This document shows positions 9,840 to 19,206 of a stretch of DNA of 64,000 bases, in pieces. Within the stretch, counting starts at the first letter, position 1. Every line of letters starts with the position of its first letter. The notes below the pieces were generated by a model. It did no database searches. It worked only from the letters and a program-made list of their open reading frames with translations, and was not told where the DNA came from. This DNA comes from Candidatus Kapaibacterium sp. (lineage in GTDB: Bacteria > Bacteroidota > Ignavibacteria > Kapaibacteriales > UBA2268), in the NCBI GenBank assembly GCA_963664875.1, contig OY761611.1:1760958-1824957 (forward strand), given 5' to 3'. Position numbers and translations under genes: made by a program.

Positions 9840-10702
9840 TACTTTTTCTCCTCTAAGCCTGCATTAAACATCTTGTCCATATTACATTCGTGTTCTTCTT
9901 TTGAAACGGTTTCCTGTTCTTGGTACATGAAGTTTCTGTTTCTTAAAATATCAAAATCTACTTCATGCGCATCAAACTCAGGGCCATCAACACAGACAAA
10001 TACTGTTTTACCGCCGACAGTTGCACGACATCCGCCGCACATTCCCGTACCGTCAACCATAACAGGATTCAAACTTACCACGGTTTTAATGCCATAAGGA
10101 CGAGTGAGATCAGCAATAGCTCTCATCATCGGGATAGGACCTATAGCAAGCACAAAGTCAATCTTCCTGCCTTCGTCAATCAATTCCTGCAACTTCTGAG
10201 TTACAAAGCCATGGAAACCATAAGAACCGTCGTCAGTTGTAGGATAGACCTCATCAGAGACTTCTTTCATCTCATTTTCTAAAATAACATGTTCTTGAGA
10301 TCTGCCACCTATAATACTGATTACGTGATTACCTGCTTCTTTTAGTGCTTTAGCAGTTGGGAAGGCAATTGCAGTACCCACGCCTCCACCAATAGAAACA
10401 GCAGTCCCGAAGTTTTCAATGTGTGATGCTTTGCCGAGTGGACCGACTAAATCCTGGATATAGTCTCCTGCTTCGAGATTATTAAGCATCTTTGTGGTTT
10501 TACCCACACCTTGAACGATAATTGTTATGGTGCCGTCATTTGTATTCGAATCAGCTATAGTTAGCGGTATTCTTTCACCGTTTTCGTGAACTCTAAGTAT
10601 GATAAACTGTCCTGCTTTACGCTTTTCAGCAATTTTTGGAGCTTCAATTCTGAAAAGCTTTATCTCAGGGCCTATAAATCTGGCTTCAACTATTTTGTTC
10701 AT
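9839..10702 (-). CDS. nfnA: Ferredoxin-NADP+ reductase-like subunit (PyrK/SudB family), probably NfnA
   Basis: The 287 aa protein has the FAD/NAD-binding fold of the PyrK-like family (RVHENGERIPLTIAD, GGGVGTAIAF). The C-terminal Cys cluster CGGCRATVGGKTVFVC fits a 2Fe-2S site. It is paired with, and overlaps, the GltD-like gene. Confidence 0.8.
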   Translation of the reverse strand: MNKIVEARFIGPEIKLFRIEAPKIAEKRKAGQFIILRVHENGERIPLTIADSNTNDGTITIIVQGVGKTTKMLNNLEAGDYIQDLVGPLGKASHIENFGTAVSIGGGVGTAIAFPTAKALKEAGNHVISIIGGRSQEHVILENEMKEVSDEVYPTTDDGSYGFHGFVTQKLQELIDEGRKIDFVLAIGPIPMMRAIADLTRPYGIKTVVSLNPVMVDGTGMCGGCRATVGGKTVFVCVDGPEFDAHEVDFDILRNRNFMYQEQETVSKEEHECNMDKMFNAGLEEKK

Positions 10703-10986
10703 GTTGTCCCCTGAATGATATATATATGTGAGTGTGAGTGTTAATTAGCCGTTAGCATTTTTCTAATATAAGAAATAAAAAACAAAATTGCATAGAGAAT
10801 AGTAAAAATGCTTCGACTTCTGATACTATTAACTTACCAAAAGGTCAAATATTTAGCTTTGACAGAGAAATAAGCTCAGAGGCTATACGAAGTTTATATA
10901 ATATCCAAAGCAATATTTAGCTTTTAATCTTATCAGTGTTTTATTTAAATAGTATCTTTTTTGAACTTTATTCGTATTATTAGCAA

Positions 10987-11925
10987 TTGTTTTTCGATTT
11001 TGTACTTTCGTTACATCTAAAGCCGGAGCGTATAGTGAAAAATGTAATTTATACTTTTGCCATTCTATTGTTGACTTTTTCCGTTTCCCTTTCTGCTCAA
11101 GACACTTATGTAGAAGATGAAGCAGATACACTAACTAAGCAGGAACCAAGGATTACTCATCGAGATGTATTGGACAGTCTCAAAAGATTTGTCAATACAA
11201 GATCTGCTATCGGCTTGATGGGAGGAACAACAATTAACGATAATAGCGATGCTTTCGGTGAAGGGAATACTTCTTTTGGTTTCTTTTTGGGTACTATTAG
11301 CACTACAAGATTAGAATTTGAAAACATAATTGATGTAGATCAGTCGCATTTAGGCATCAACTTTACGGATTTCATAGGCGAATCAGGCAACAAGTTTAGC
11401 TTATTTTCCGTCGAACTTTCAGATGTGGCAGGAAAATCATGGGAGTTGTCAAAGGATCACCTTTTAGGTTTCTATGTTGGTGGTGCTATTACATGGACAA
11501 ATATTGACCTCGAAAATCCATATTTAGGTAGCTTTAACGAAGGTGAAGCCCGAATATCAGCAGAGGATGATGATTATCTGGCTACAAATTTTGGTGACAC
11601 CTATAAATGGGGTATCACATATTCTGTTGCAGAATCTATTAATTTTAATGCAGGCTGGGAATCCAATCACGTATTGCATCACTTTCTGCCTTACAAATAT
11701 ATCTTGAGTAGAATGCTTTATGCTCTTGGCCATGAAATTATCAAAGGAACCAGTTCTACAATTTTTGGAGTAAATTATTTTACGCCTGTAGTCGATTTCG
11801 TGCTTAGAGGTGCGTATTATTTACTCTTAGATAATATAAATAAAAAGGAAATGTACGGCCCATATAGTGGTTCGCCTTCATTCCACTTCAATCAATTCAA
11901 ATTTGCAGTTTCTTACAGTTTGTAA
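10987..11925 (+). CDS. Hypothetical secreted protein, possibly an outer-membrane protein
   Basis: The real start is probably the internal GTG or ATG giving VKNVIYTFAILLLTFSVSLSAQD, which is a signal peptide. The protein is beta-rich and ends ...FKFAVSYSL, an aromatic-rich C-terminus. No family was recognised. Confidence 0.5.
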   Translation: MFFDFVLSLHLKPERIVKNVIYTFAILLLTFSVSLSAQDTYVEDEADTLTKQEPRITHRDVLDSLKRFVNTRSAIGLMGGTTINDNSDAFGEGNTSFGFFLGTISTTRLEFENIIDVDQSHLGINFTDFIGESGNKFSLFSVELSDVAGKSWELSKDHLLGFYVGGAITWTNIDLENPYLGSFNEGEARISAEDDDYLATNFGDTYKWGITYSVAESINFNAGWESNHVLHHFLPYKYILSRMLYALGHEIIKGTSSTIFGVNYFTPVVDFVLRGAYYLLLDNINKKEMYGPYSGSPSFHFNQFKFAVSYSL

Positions 11926-11959
11926 GGCAAAAAAATAAAATTACAAGTGATAAAGACAT

Positions 11960-12005
11960 AAAAAAAATCCGCATCGAGTCCCATAGCCAATGCGGATTTT
12001 TTTTA
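11960..12005. terminator. Bidirectional rho-independent terminator between convergent genes
   Basis: The stem AATCCGCAT...ATGCGGATT has an A-run on its 5' side and a T8 run on its 3' side. Confidence 0.7.
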
Positions 12006-12038
12006 TGTACGGTGTGAGTCCGATTTTTTTGTCTTTTT

Positions 12039-13544
12039 TTATTTGTCACAGATATAGTCGTTCCAGTTTACCCCTCTCATGTCGCCATCCTTCTGCAATT
12101 TGATGTGCATACCAAATGCTGCAGCAAGGTGAGTTGGTGTATGACTGTGGTCACCTGTTATTTTTACATATTCCCAAAGCTGATCTTTGTAATCAGGATG
12201 AACGCAATTTTCGATGATCGCTCTCATTTTTTCTTTAGGAGATTTGGATCTCAAATCAGCGATACCTTGCTCAGTGATTATTATCTGTACTGAGTGTTCG
12301 TTGTGATCTACGTGCGATACCATTGGAACAAAAGCGGATATTTTTCCACCTTTAGCAACTGAAGGGCAAGTAAAGATAGAAATATAAGCATTACGTGTGA
12401 AATCGCCTGAACCGCCGATACCGTTCATCATTTTTGAACCCATCACCTGAGTGCTGTTTACGTGTCCAAAAAGGTCACATTCCAAAGCTGTATTTATTGA
12501 GATAATACCAATTCTTCTTGCAATCTCAGGGTTATTTGATATTTCCTGAGGTCTTAGAACTAATTTATCTTTAAAGAAGTCCCAATCAGCATATATTTTT
12601 TTGAGCTGGTCATCAGAAACTGTTAGTGAGCAGCCAGAAGCAAATTTGATTCTACCTTCGAGCATCAAATCTATAACAGAGTCTTGGATTACTTCTGTGT
12701 ACATTTCAAAATCAGGAATATCTTTTGCCTGTCCTAAAGCTCCAAGTACAGCATTGGCAATATTGCCCACACCTGACTGTATCGGAAGGAAAGAAGCAGG
12801 AATTCTACCGTCTTTCAGTTCTTTTGCTAAAAACGCTGCTACGTTTTGTCCGATTCTGTTTGTAACTTCATCAGTAGCTGAAAAAGCACCAACACCATCG
12901 GGAGCATTTGTTTTTACAACACCAACTATTTTGGCAGGATCTACTTTAATTACAGGGCTACCCGCTCTGTCTTTTGCACTATATAATGGAATTTCTCTTC
13001 TGTTTGGTGGGTCTAAAGGTATATGAATATCGTGCAGACCTCTTAATTCTTTAGGATGAAATTCATTTAGCTCTATCAAGATTTTATCTGCTACCTGGCA
13101 AATCGAAGGTGAAATGCCAACACCTGTAGTCAGTACTATTTCGCCGTCTTCTGTAACGTCGCAGGCTTCTATAATACCCCATTTCATTTTACCTAAAAAG
13201 CCATAACGAAGATTTTGTGCAACCACAGATAAGTGCGAATCGAAGTACTCAGCTCTGCCTTCGTTGATTGCATCTCTAAGGTCTTTGTTTGATTGGTATG
13301 GAGTCCTGAAAGCAACTGCATCAGCACGAGCCAAAGCACCATCTAAAGAGTCTCCTGTAGAGGCACCGGTTATAACTCCGATTTTGAAAGGATTACCTTC
13401 TGCATGGATTTTTTTTGCCATTTCACCTATTGCTGTAGGTATTGCTTTTGCTGCACCTGCAGGAGTGAATCCACTAAAACCAACTATATCGCCATGCGCG
13501 ATATGAGACGCTGCTTCTTCCGCAGAAATAAAATTGAGAGCCAT
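12039..13544 (-). CDS. Acetyl-CoA hydrolase/transferase family protein (succinyl-CoA:acetate CoA-transferase-like)
   Basis: The 501 aa protein has a family-typical N-terminus MALNFISAEEAASHIAHGDIVGFSGFTPAGAAKAIP and a length typical of the family. Confidence 0.8.
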   Translation of the reverse strand: MALNFISAEEAASHIAHGDIVGFSGFTPAGAAKAIPTAIGEMAKKIHAEGNPFKIGVITGASTGDSLDGALARADAVAFRTPYQSNKDLRDAINEGRAEYFDSHLSVVAQNLRYGFLGKMKWGIIEACDVTEDGEIVLTTGVGISPSICQVADKILIELNEFHPKELRGLHDIHIPLDPPNRREIPLYSAKDRAGSPVIKVDPAKIVGVVKTNAPDGVGAFSATDEVTNRIGQNVAAFLAKELKDGRIPASFLPIQSGVGNIANAVLGALGQAKDIPDFEMYTEVIQDSVIDLMLEGRIKFASGCSLTVSDDQLKKIYADWDFFKDKLVLRPQEISNNPEIARRIGIISINTALECDLFGHVNSTQVMGSKMMNGIGGSGDFTRNAYISIFTCPSVAKGGKISAFVPMVSHVDHNEHSVQIIITEQGIADLRSKSPKEKMRAIIENCVHPDYKDQLWEYVKITGDHSHTPTHLAAAFGMHIKLQKDGDMRGVNWNDYICDK

Positions 13545-13961
13545 ATAACTAAATCCTTGTTTTTACTTATAATTGCTCTAAACACATAAGAGACTTATGT
13601 TTAGATATTTCAACCATACAAATTTAAAATTTTTAGGATTAAGCAGACAATTTAATTTACTGCTGTATGAACGCTAAAATAGGACTAAATGAGCATTTCA
13701 GGTATATGCTTTGTAGCAGATATGATATTATAATGGCTTAGATTTAAGTATCTCAACAATCACAAACAAGATGAATGCCATAGATTTGACATAGCTTATA
13801 ATCTATGTTTTGAGCGAAGCGAAAGTCAAGAATATTAAGACAATGTAAAAGTGGAGTTAATATTGCCGCTAAGAAATACAAATAAATCAATATTACAATC
13901 CTATAACCGAGATAAATTTCCCTATATCTAAGATTTAATTGTATTGTTTATGAAAAGCCGT

Positions 13962-14498
13962 CTATCTGTTGATTTCCCTTCTTGGAATCATAAGTAGCAT
14001 GGCAAAAATTGACATAATTGTAGTATATAGAGAGATTGCCAGACCATATTCGGTAAATAGTGCCCAGTAATCCATCTCGCTAACTTTAATATAAAAGAAG
14101 AAATAAATGATATTGTGGAATAAGGAAGCCAGAAATACTGTAATTAAAAACCTTACACTGCCTATAGTCTGATCCTGTTTGCCTTCTTTGTAGAAATATC
14201 CGGCTATAAATGCCACTACAGTTTTGGCGAGTGCATTGGTACCAATCACATCATGAGAGGTCATATCAAACAGCAAGCCTATACCAAAACCAAAAAAAAG
14301 ACCTACAAACTGACCTTCTGATAGAGCTATCCAAACAACTAATATCAATAATAAATCCGGAGTCAGCCCACCAATTTCGATAAACTCAATGAACAGTGCA
14401 TTTGCCAAAGAAAGGATTAGTGCAACAAGTGTATAAACTACATAAGTCAAACCTTTAGACTTTTTACCCGTGTTCAGCTGATCTAAATATGGAAACAT
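13962..14498 (-). CDS. mreD: Rod shape-determining protein MreD
   Basis: The 178 aa polytopic membrane protein lies immediately downstream of mreC with a 2 nt gap. Confidence 0.65.
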   Translation of the reverse strand: MFPYLDQLNTGKKSKGLTYVVYTLVALILSLANALFIEFIEIGGLTPDLLLILVVWIALSEGQFVGLFFGFGIGLLFDMTSHDVIGTNALAKTVVAFIAGYFYKEGKQDQTIGSVRFLITVFLASLFHNIIYFFFYIKVSEMDYWALFTEYGLAISLYTTIMSIFAMLLMIPRREINR

Positions 14499-14500
14499 AT

Positions 14501-15352
14501 CTATTTTTTCTTCCTTGCTATTAGTTTTTCCTCAAACTCTTTTATCAATTCCAATCGCTCTTCGTCCGGTATATATTTCATAACAAAGACCTGCTCTATG
14601 GTCGAAAAGTTCACGTAAGGCTCTATCTCAACTTTAAAGAACAAAGATCCCGGGTCATCCTTGATTTGTTTTATCACACCTATCGGCACATTTTTCGGAT
14701 ATTTATTGGTAAAATTTGAGGTAAGCACCACATCACCTATCTGGACATCAAACGATGTGGGTATATTTTTAAGCAGAAGATACTCATCACCTTCCCATGC
14801 GACAATACCGTCGATGCCGGTTCGCTGAATTTTTGCAGAGATTCTGACGTTTCTGTTGAAGATAGATTCCACAAGGCTGTAATTATCAGATGACGACACA
14901 ATTTGCCCGGCAAGTCCGGCATCAGTCCTTACAGACATACCCTCAGTTATTCCTTCGATTTTGCCACGGTTTAAAGTAAGTGTATTTCTCATTTCGACTG
15001 AATTTTTACCAACAACCTCTGCACTTATGACCTCGTAATCAGCATCATCTTTAAATTCAATCATCTGACGGAGACGTTTGTTTTCAATTAGAGCATGCCT
15101 CATCCTTGTTATCTCAGCCGATTGACGAAGATTTAACTCTCTTACGGCTCTGTTTTCGCTTTTAAGAGCTCCGGGGTTAGGAATCCAGGCAAATGCCTCC
15201 TGCATCCAGCCAACCGTCCCGATAATTACTGCCCGATACCCGCCCAACTTAGAAACATCGCCCATTGAGATTAGAGCAAGACATATAACTATCAGCGAAG
15301 CGAAAGTAATATATTCTTTGAACTTGACTATAAAATTGATTATTCTTTGCAT
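14501..15352 (-). CDS. mreC: Rod shape-determining protein MreC
   Basis: An N-terminal transmembrane helix is followed by a coiled coil (RAVRELNLRQSAEITRMRHALIENKRLRQMIEF). The beta domains end with GDVVLTSNFTNKYPKNVPIGVIKQI. Confidence 0.8.
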   Translation of the reverse strand: MQRIINFIVKFKEYITFASLIVICLALISMGDVSKLGGYRAVIIGTVGWMQEAFAWIPNPGALKSENRAVRELNLRQSAEITRMRHALIENKRLRQMIEFKDDADYEVISAEVVGKNSVEMRNTLTLNRGKIEGITEGMSVRTDAGLAGQIVSSSDNYSLVESIFNRNVRISAKIQRTGIDGIVAWEGDEYLLLKNIPTSFDVQIGDVVLTSNFTNKYPKNVPIGVIKQIKDDPGSLFFKVEIEPYVNFSTIEQVFVMKYIPDEERLELIKEFEEKLIARKKK

Positions 15353-15622
15353 ATAGAAGTCTATCGTAAAATGCTAAAACAGCAACAATCGGAATATACA
15401 ATTATATCATATATTCCGATAAGACACAAAAATAATAAGCAATTCGCATATAAATGAGCTAATATTTTTTGAAGCTCGAAAAAGGTACTCAATTTTGAGT
15501 TTGAAGAAGCAATAATATGTCAGGTTTATTGCTGCCAATATATTATTATAGAAGATAAAAGAGACGATCCAGTTAAGACTCTGTGAGCAAATGCAGTCAT
15601 TCACTATAACGATACATTTGTT

Positions 15623-16210
15623 CTAAAAACCTATCCCCAATCCGACTCCATAGACTACAAAAACAGTGCTTTCTATTATGTCAGCACTTATGGTAGGGCT
15701 TATCGAAAATTGTTGATAATGAAAATCATAGGCAGCTCCAAACCTAACAAAGAAATGAGAATTGGAGTGTGATATATTTTCCTCTAAAGCACTTTCTGTC
15801 CCTGCCAGCAGCACATCATTTGCTTCAAACTTATGTGTTTGAGTGTCTCCTGTCTCTAAGGTGTGATCAGTTGTGTGCGAGTCACTTGCAGTTATATATC
15901 CCGGTGCAAAAAACAATTTTAATCCCTGCCATGGATGTATAAACAATGGCAAGGCTGCAATATATTCGGTATGTTCGGCAAGAACTATTTCACCTATCAG
16001 ACCAATCCCGACATTAGGTGTCGTATGAATAAATCGATATTCGTAATCAATGCCGACTGTAAAATTGAATTCGAAAGCTATATCAGTATTAGTGGTTCCG
16101 CCAAGGAATATACCGGCATGATGCTCGTGTACCTTATGTCCGTGAGCTTCTTCAGCATTTGTATTATAGAAGCAGCAAAACAACGCTATAAGCAATATAA
16201 AACGTTTCAT
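15623..16210 (-). CDS. Hypothetical His-rich secreted protein, possibly a small outer-membrane beta-barrel
   Basis: After the signal peptide comes a His-rich stretch, EEAHGHKVHEHHAG. The protein has alternating hydrophobic beta-strand character and ends ...GVGLGIGF with a C-terminal Phe. Confidence 0.45.
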   Translation of the reverse strand: MKRFILLIALFCCFYNTNAEEAHGHKVHEHHAGIFLGGTTNTDIAFEFNFTVGIDYEYRFIHTTPNVGIGLIGEIVLAEHTEYIAALPLFIHPWQGLKLFFAPGYITASDSHTTDHTLETGDTQTHKFEANDVLLAGTESALEENISHSNSHFFVRFGAAYDFHYQQFSISPTISADIIESTVFVVYGVGLGIGF

Positions 16211-16225
16211 TACTCAAACCCCTAT

Positions 16226-17182
16226 TTATTTGCGAATAAAAATAAAAATGAGTCCACCTGCCAATAAAGCTACTACGATAACAAAAATGCCCATATAGAC
16301 CATACCCGGAGTCGAAAATAAACCTTTTTCTATAGCAGGAACCTCAAATTTATTCATATCTGTCGGCCCATCTTTTTTATCTTTTCCGTGGCTGATAAGT
16401 TCAACTTGCTGAGGATGCTCTCCAAGCCATCTGACTTTACCTGATTCGATGTCGTAAACAGCACCGACTACTGCCAACTTGCCTGTTTTTACAAGCTCTC
16501 TTGCATCTTTGGAGAAATGGAACAAATCGCTTATAGATTGCCATACATTTTCTTCAATTGCGTAAGGAACAACCTCTTTTCCTTTCAAATGACTATACTT
16601 AGATTTGGCTTTACGAACCGCCGGCTCAATATTATCCACAAGGGCAGGTATATTGCCATGCACATGGTCTTTCATTGTTACAGCAGTAACTGCTCCACAG
16701 CTCGAATGTCCCAAAACAACCATCAATGGAGTACCAAGATGGGCTACACCATATTCTATAGAACCTATTTCGTCAACATCGCTTACGTTTCCTGCTACTT
16801 TAATCACAAACAAATCACCAATGCCCTGATCAAAGAGTATCTCAACAGGTACACGAGAATCTGAGCAAGCCATAATAGTAGCAAACGGCTTTTGCCCTTC
16901 TGTGCTTGTGTTATACCTTACTCCGTCATCAAGCCTTGGATGCACAGAGTTACCGGCAAAAAATCTTTCATTGCCTGCCTGCAATTTCTCAAAAGCAATT
17001 TTGATTTCTTTTATCTCCAGATTTCCGGAAGATGAAGTCTGATGCTCTGCACTATCAGTCTCATGTTCGGAAGCAGCTTCATGAGCGTCATGTTTTTCTT
17101 CGTGCGAAGGCTCATTAGATTGTAGATAAAATAGAGGTAATAAAAACAATAATGCAAAAGCGAATATAGATTTGAAGCTCAT
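16226..17182 (-). CDS. Beta-class carbonic anhydrase with an N-terminal signal peptide, an acidic/His-rich linker and a C-terminal transmembrane anchor
   Basis: Beta-carbonic anhydrase zinc-ligand motifs are present: CSDSRVPVE and HSSCGAV. The N-terminus MSFKSIFAFALLFLLPLFYLQS is followed by HEEKHDAHEAASEHETDSAEHQ. The C-terminus VYMGIFVIVVALLAGGLIFIFIRK forms a transmembrane helix. Confidence 0.8.
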   Translation of the reverse strand: MSFKSIFAFALLFLLPLFYLQSNEPSHEEKHDAHEAASEHETDSAEHQTSSSGNLEIKEIKIAFEKLQAGNERFFAGNSVHPRLDDGVRYNTSTEGQKPFATIMACSDSRVPVEILFDQGIGDLFVIKVAGNVSDVDEIGSIEYGVAHLGTPLMVVLGHSSCGAVTAVTMKDHVHGNIPALVDNIEPAVRKAKSKYSHLKGKEVVPYAIEENVWQSISDLFHFSKDARELVKTGKLAVVGAVYDIESGKVRWLGEHPQQVELISHGKDKKDGPTDMNKFEVPAIEKGLFSTPGMVYMGIFVIVVALLAGGLIFIFIRK

Positions 17183-17524
17183 GGTTTTCTCCGGAATAGG
17201 TTATAACAGTACAATCGAAAATAAGGACAAAATATTATTAAACAGAATATAGTGTTTTTTTTTGAATTGCAAGTATTTGCCACATAAAATACATCAATAA
17301 TCGTAAAAACTAAGATCTTATATTTTATTATAAACACATTTTTCGAGCCTGTAATCGGCTACTATAGATGCACTGCAACGATAATAACATAAAATTAATT
17401 AGGCAAATGATAAATTGAAGTTAACTTTGTATATATCCATGAAATAAAGTCAATTTGAAGAAATTGCATTCTTTATTTCCACTAATAGGAAAACAATCAT
17501 TTTTCTTGCCAATTTAAACTATGT

Positions 17525-19024
17525 TTGGGAGATAGTATGGAAAAATTTAAAAACTACATTAACGGACAGTGGGTTGACGCTGTTTCCGGTAAAACTTTTC
17601 AGAACATTAACCCCGCCAATTTAGAAGATATTATTGGCGAATTTGCTCTTTCAGAACAAGCCGACGTTGATAACGCAGTAGCAGCAGCTCGCGAAGCATA
17701 TAAAACATGGAAAAAAATCCCTGCTCCTAAAAGAGGCGATATCCTCAAAAAAGCAGGCGACATTTTTGTTCGTCGCAAAAAAGAATTAGCTAAAATCATG
17801 ACACGCGAAATGGGCAAACCTACATTCGAAACTGAAGGCGATGTGCAGGAAGCTATCGATACAGCTTTTTACTCTGCAAGCGAAACACGCCGCCTGTTCG
17901 GATTTACTGCTCCTTCTGAAATGGACAATAAAATGAATATGTCTTTCAGAACTCCTATCGGTGTTTGTGGTATCATCACTGCTTGGAATTTCCCTGTGGC
18001 TGTGCCTTCTTGGAAAATTCTTCCTGCACTTGCTGCAGGTAACACTGTTGTTTACAAACCTTCTAAAGAATCTCCGCACTCAGGTGTGATTTTTGCAGAA
18101 ATCCTCGAAGAAGCAGGCCTACCAAAGGGCGTATTTAACTTATTGACCGGCAAAGGCTCAATGGGTAACCTTATGGTTGAGCATCCTGGTATTGACCTTA
18201 TCGGCTTTACCGGCTCTACTAATATTGGTTTCCAAATTGGCGAAATTTGCGGTAAAACTAATAAAAAATGCTCTCTCGAAATGGGTGGAAAAAACGCTCA
18301 AATCGTTATGCATGATGCAAACATGGACTTAGCAGTCGAAGGTGCATTATGGGGCGCTTTCGGTACGACAGGTCAAAGATGTACTGCAACTTCTCGCTGC
18401 ATCGTTCACGCTGACGTTTATGATGAGTTTTTGGATAGAATGAAAGCAAGAGCTGAAAAATTGAAATTGGGTTACGGCCTTCTTAAAGAAACAGAAGTTG
18501 GTCCGGTTATCCACGAAGGTTCTTTGCAAAATTGCTTGAATTATGTAGATATCGCTTTGAAAGAAGGCGGTCGATTAGTTACCGGTGGCAAAAGAGCTAC
18601 TGACGGCGATTTAGCAAAAGGTTGCTTTATGGAACCAACTATCATTGCTGATGTAACTAAAGATCACACTATCTTTAACGAAGAAATCTTCGGTCCTGTG
18701 CTTTCTGTTACTAAATGCGAATCATTAGACGAAGCAATCGAATTGCAAAACCATTGCGAATTTGGTTTGTCTTCTGCTATTTTCACTCGCGACGTAAACG
18801 CTGCTTTCAAAGCAATCAGAGACATCGAAGCCGGTATTACTTATATCAACGCTCCTACTATCGGCGCCGAAGCTCACATGCCTTTCGGTGGTGTAAAAGG
18901 TACCGGTAATGGTCACAGAGAAGGTGGCTGGACTGTATTTGATATCTTCACAGAATGGAAAACAGTTTATGTTGACTACTCTGACAAACTACAAAGAGCA
19001 CAAATTGACAACTATGACGAATAA
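17525..19024 (+). CDS. NAD(P)+-dependent aldehyde dehydrogenase
   Basis: The ALDH N-terminus reads FKNYINGQWVDAVSGKTFQNINPAN. The catalytic Glu lies in SLEMGGKNA and the catalytic Cys in GQRCTATSR. An SD-like GGGAGA precedes the start. Confidence 0.85.
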   Translation: MGDSMEKFKNYINGQWVDAVSGKTFQNINPANLEDIIGEFALSEQADVDNAVAAAREAYKTWKKIPAPKRGDILKKAGDIFVRRKKELAKIMTREMGKPTFETEGDVQEAIDTAFYSASETRRLFGFTAPSEMDNKMNMSFRTPIGVCGIITAWNFPVAVPSWKILPALAAGNTVVYKPSKESPHSGVIFAEILEEAGLPKGVFNLLTGKGSMGNLMVEHPGIDLIGFTGSTNIGFQIGEICGKTNKKCSLEMGGKNAQIVMHDANMDLAVEGALWGAFGTTGQRCTATSRCIVHADVYDEFLDRMKARAEKLKLGYGLLKETEVGPVIHEGSLQNCLNYVDIALKEGGRLVTGGKRATDGDLAKGCFMEPTIIADVTKDHTIFNEEIFGPVLSVTKCESLDEAIELQNHCEFGLSSAIFTRDVNAAFKAIRDIEAGITYINAPTIGAEAHMPFGGVKGTGNGHREGGWTVFDIFTEWKTVYVDYSDKLQRAQIDNYDE

Positions 19025-19063
19025 ACAATTTAGATTTGTTTATCTCATCAGTTAGCTGAGTTG

Positions 19064-19100
19064 CCGCAGATATCACCAAGGTATCTGCGGTTTTTTTTTG
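19064..19100 (+). terminator. Rho-independent terminator after the aldehyde dehydrogenase gene
   Basis: The stem CCGCAGATA...TATCTGCGG is followed by a T9 run. Confidence 0.75.
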
Positions 19101-19141
19101 GAAGATATTTTAGTTGTTCAAGTTAAATTCACCAAGAATTA

Positions 19142-19175
19142 TAAAAAAAGAGCATATATCTTAAATATATGCCCT
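19142..19175 (-). terminator. Rho-independent terminator after the FKBP gene (minus strand)
   Basis: The stem GCATATAT...ATATATGC is flanked on the plus strand by an A-run, which gives a T-run on the minus strand. Confidence 0.65.
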
Positions 19176-19206
19176 TCAATTTTTTTATCTAAAGAGAGAG
19201 AAGATA

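Noticed and set aside
10719-10742. A short TA/GTGA microsatellite-like run (tatatatgtgagtgtgagtg) upstream of nfnA.
   Set aside because: It has only a few repeat units and no evidence of phase-variation context. It is probably incidental.
10853-10920. A direct repeat, AATATTTAGCTTT, present twice ~55 bp apart in the nfnA / 10987-gene divergent promoter region.
   Set aside because: It is a 13 bp AT-rich repeat in an AT-rich intergenic region. Chance cannot be excluded without genome-wide statistics.
13545-13961. A 400 bp non-coding gap between mreD and the CoA-transferase gene that could hide an ncRNA or tRNA.
   Set aside because: I found no tRNA-like conserved T-loop or acceptor features and no strong terminator. 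Only a weak imperfect hairpin at ~13578-13610 is present.
15407-15604. A 65 aa ORF between mreC and the His-rich protein gene.
   Set aside because: It is hydrophobic and low-complexity, sits in an AT-rich intergenic region and has no ribosome-binding site. It is probably spurious.
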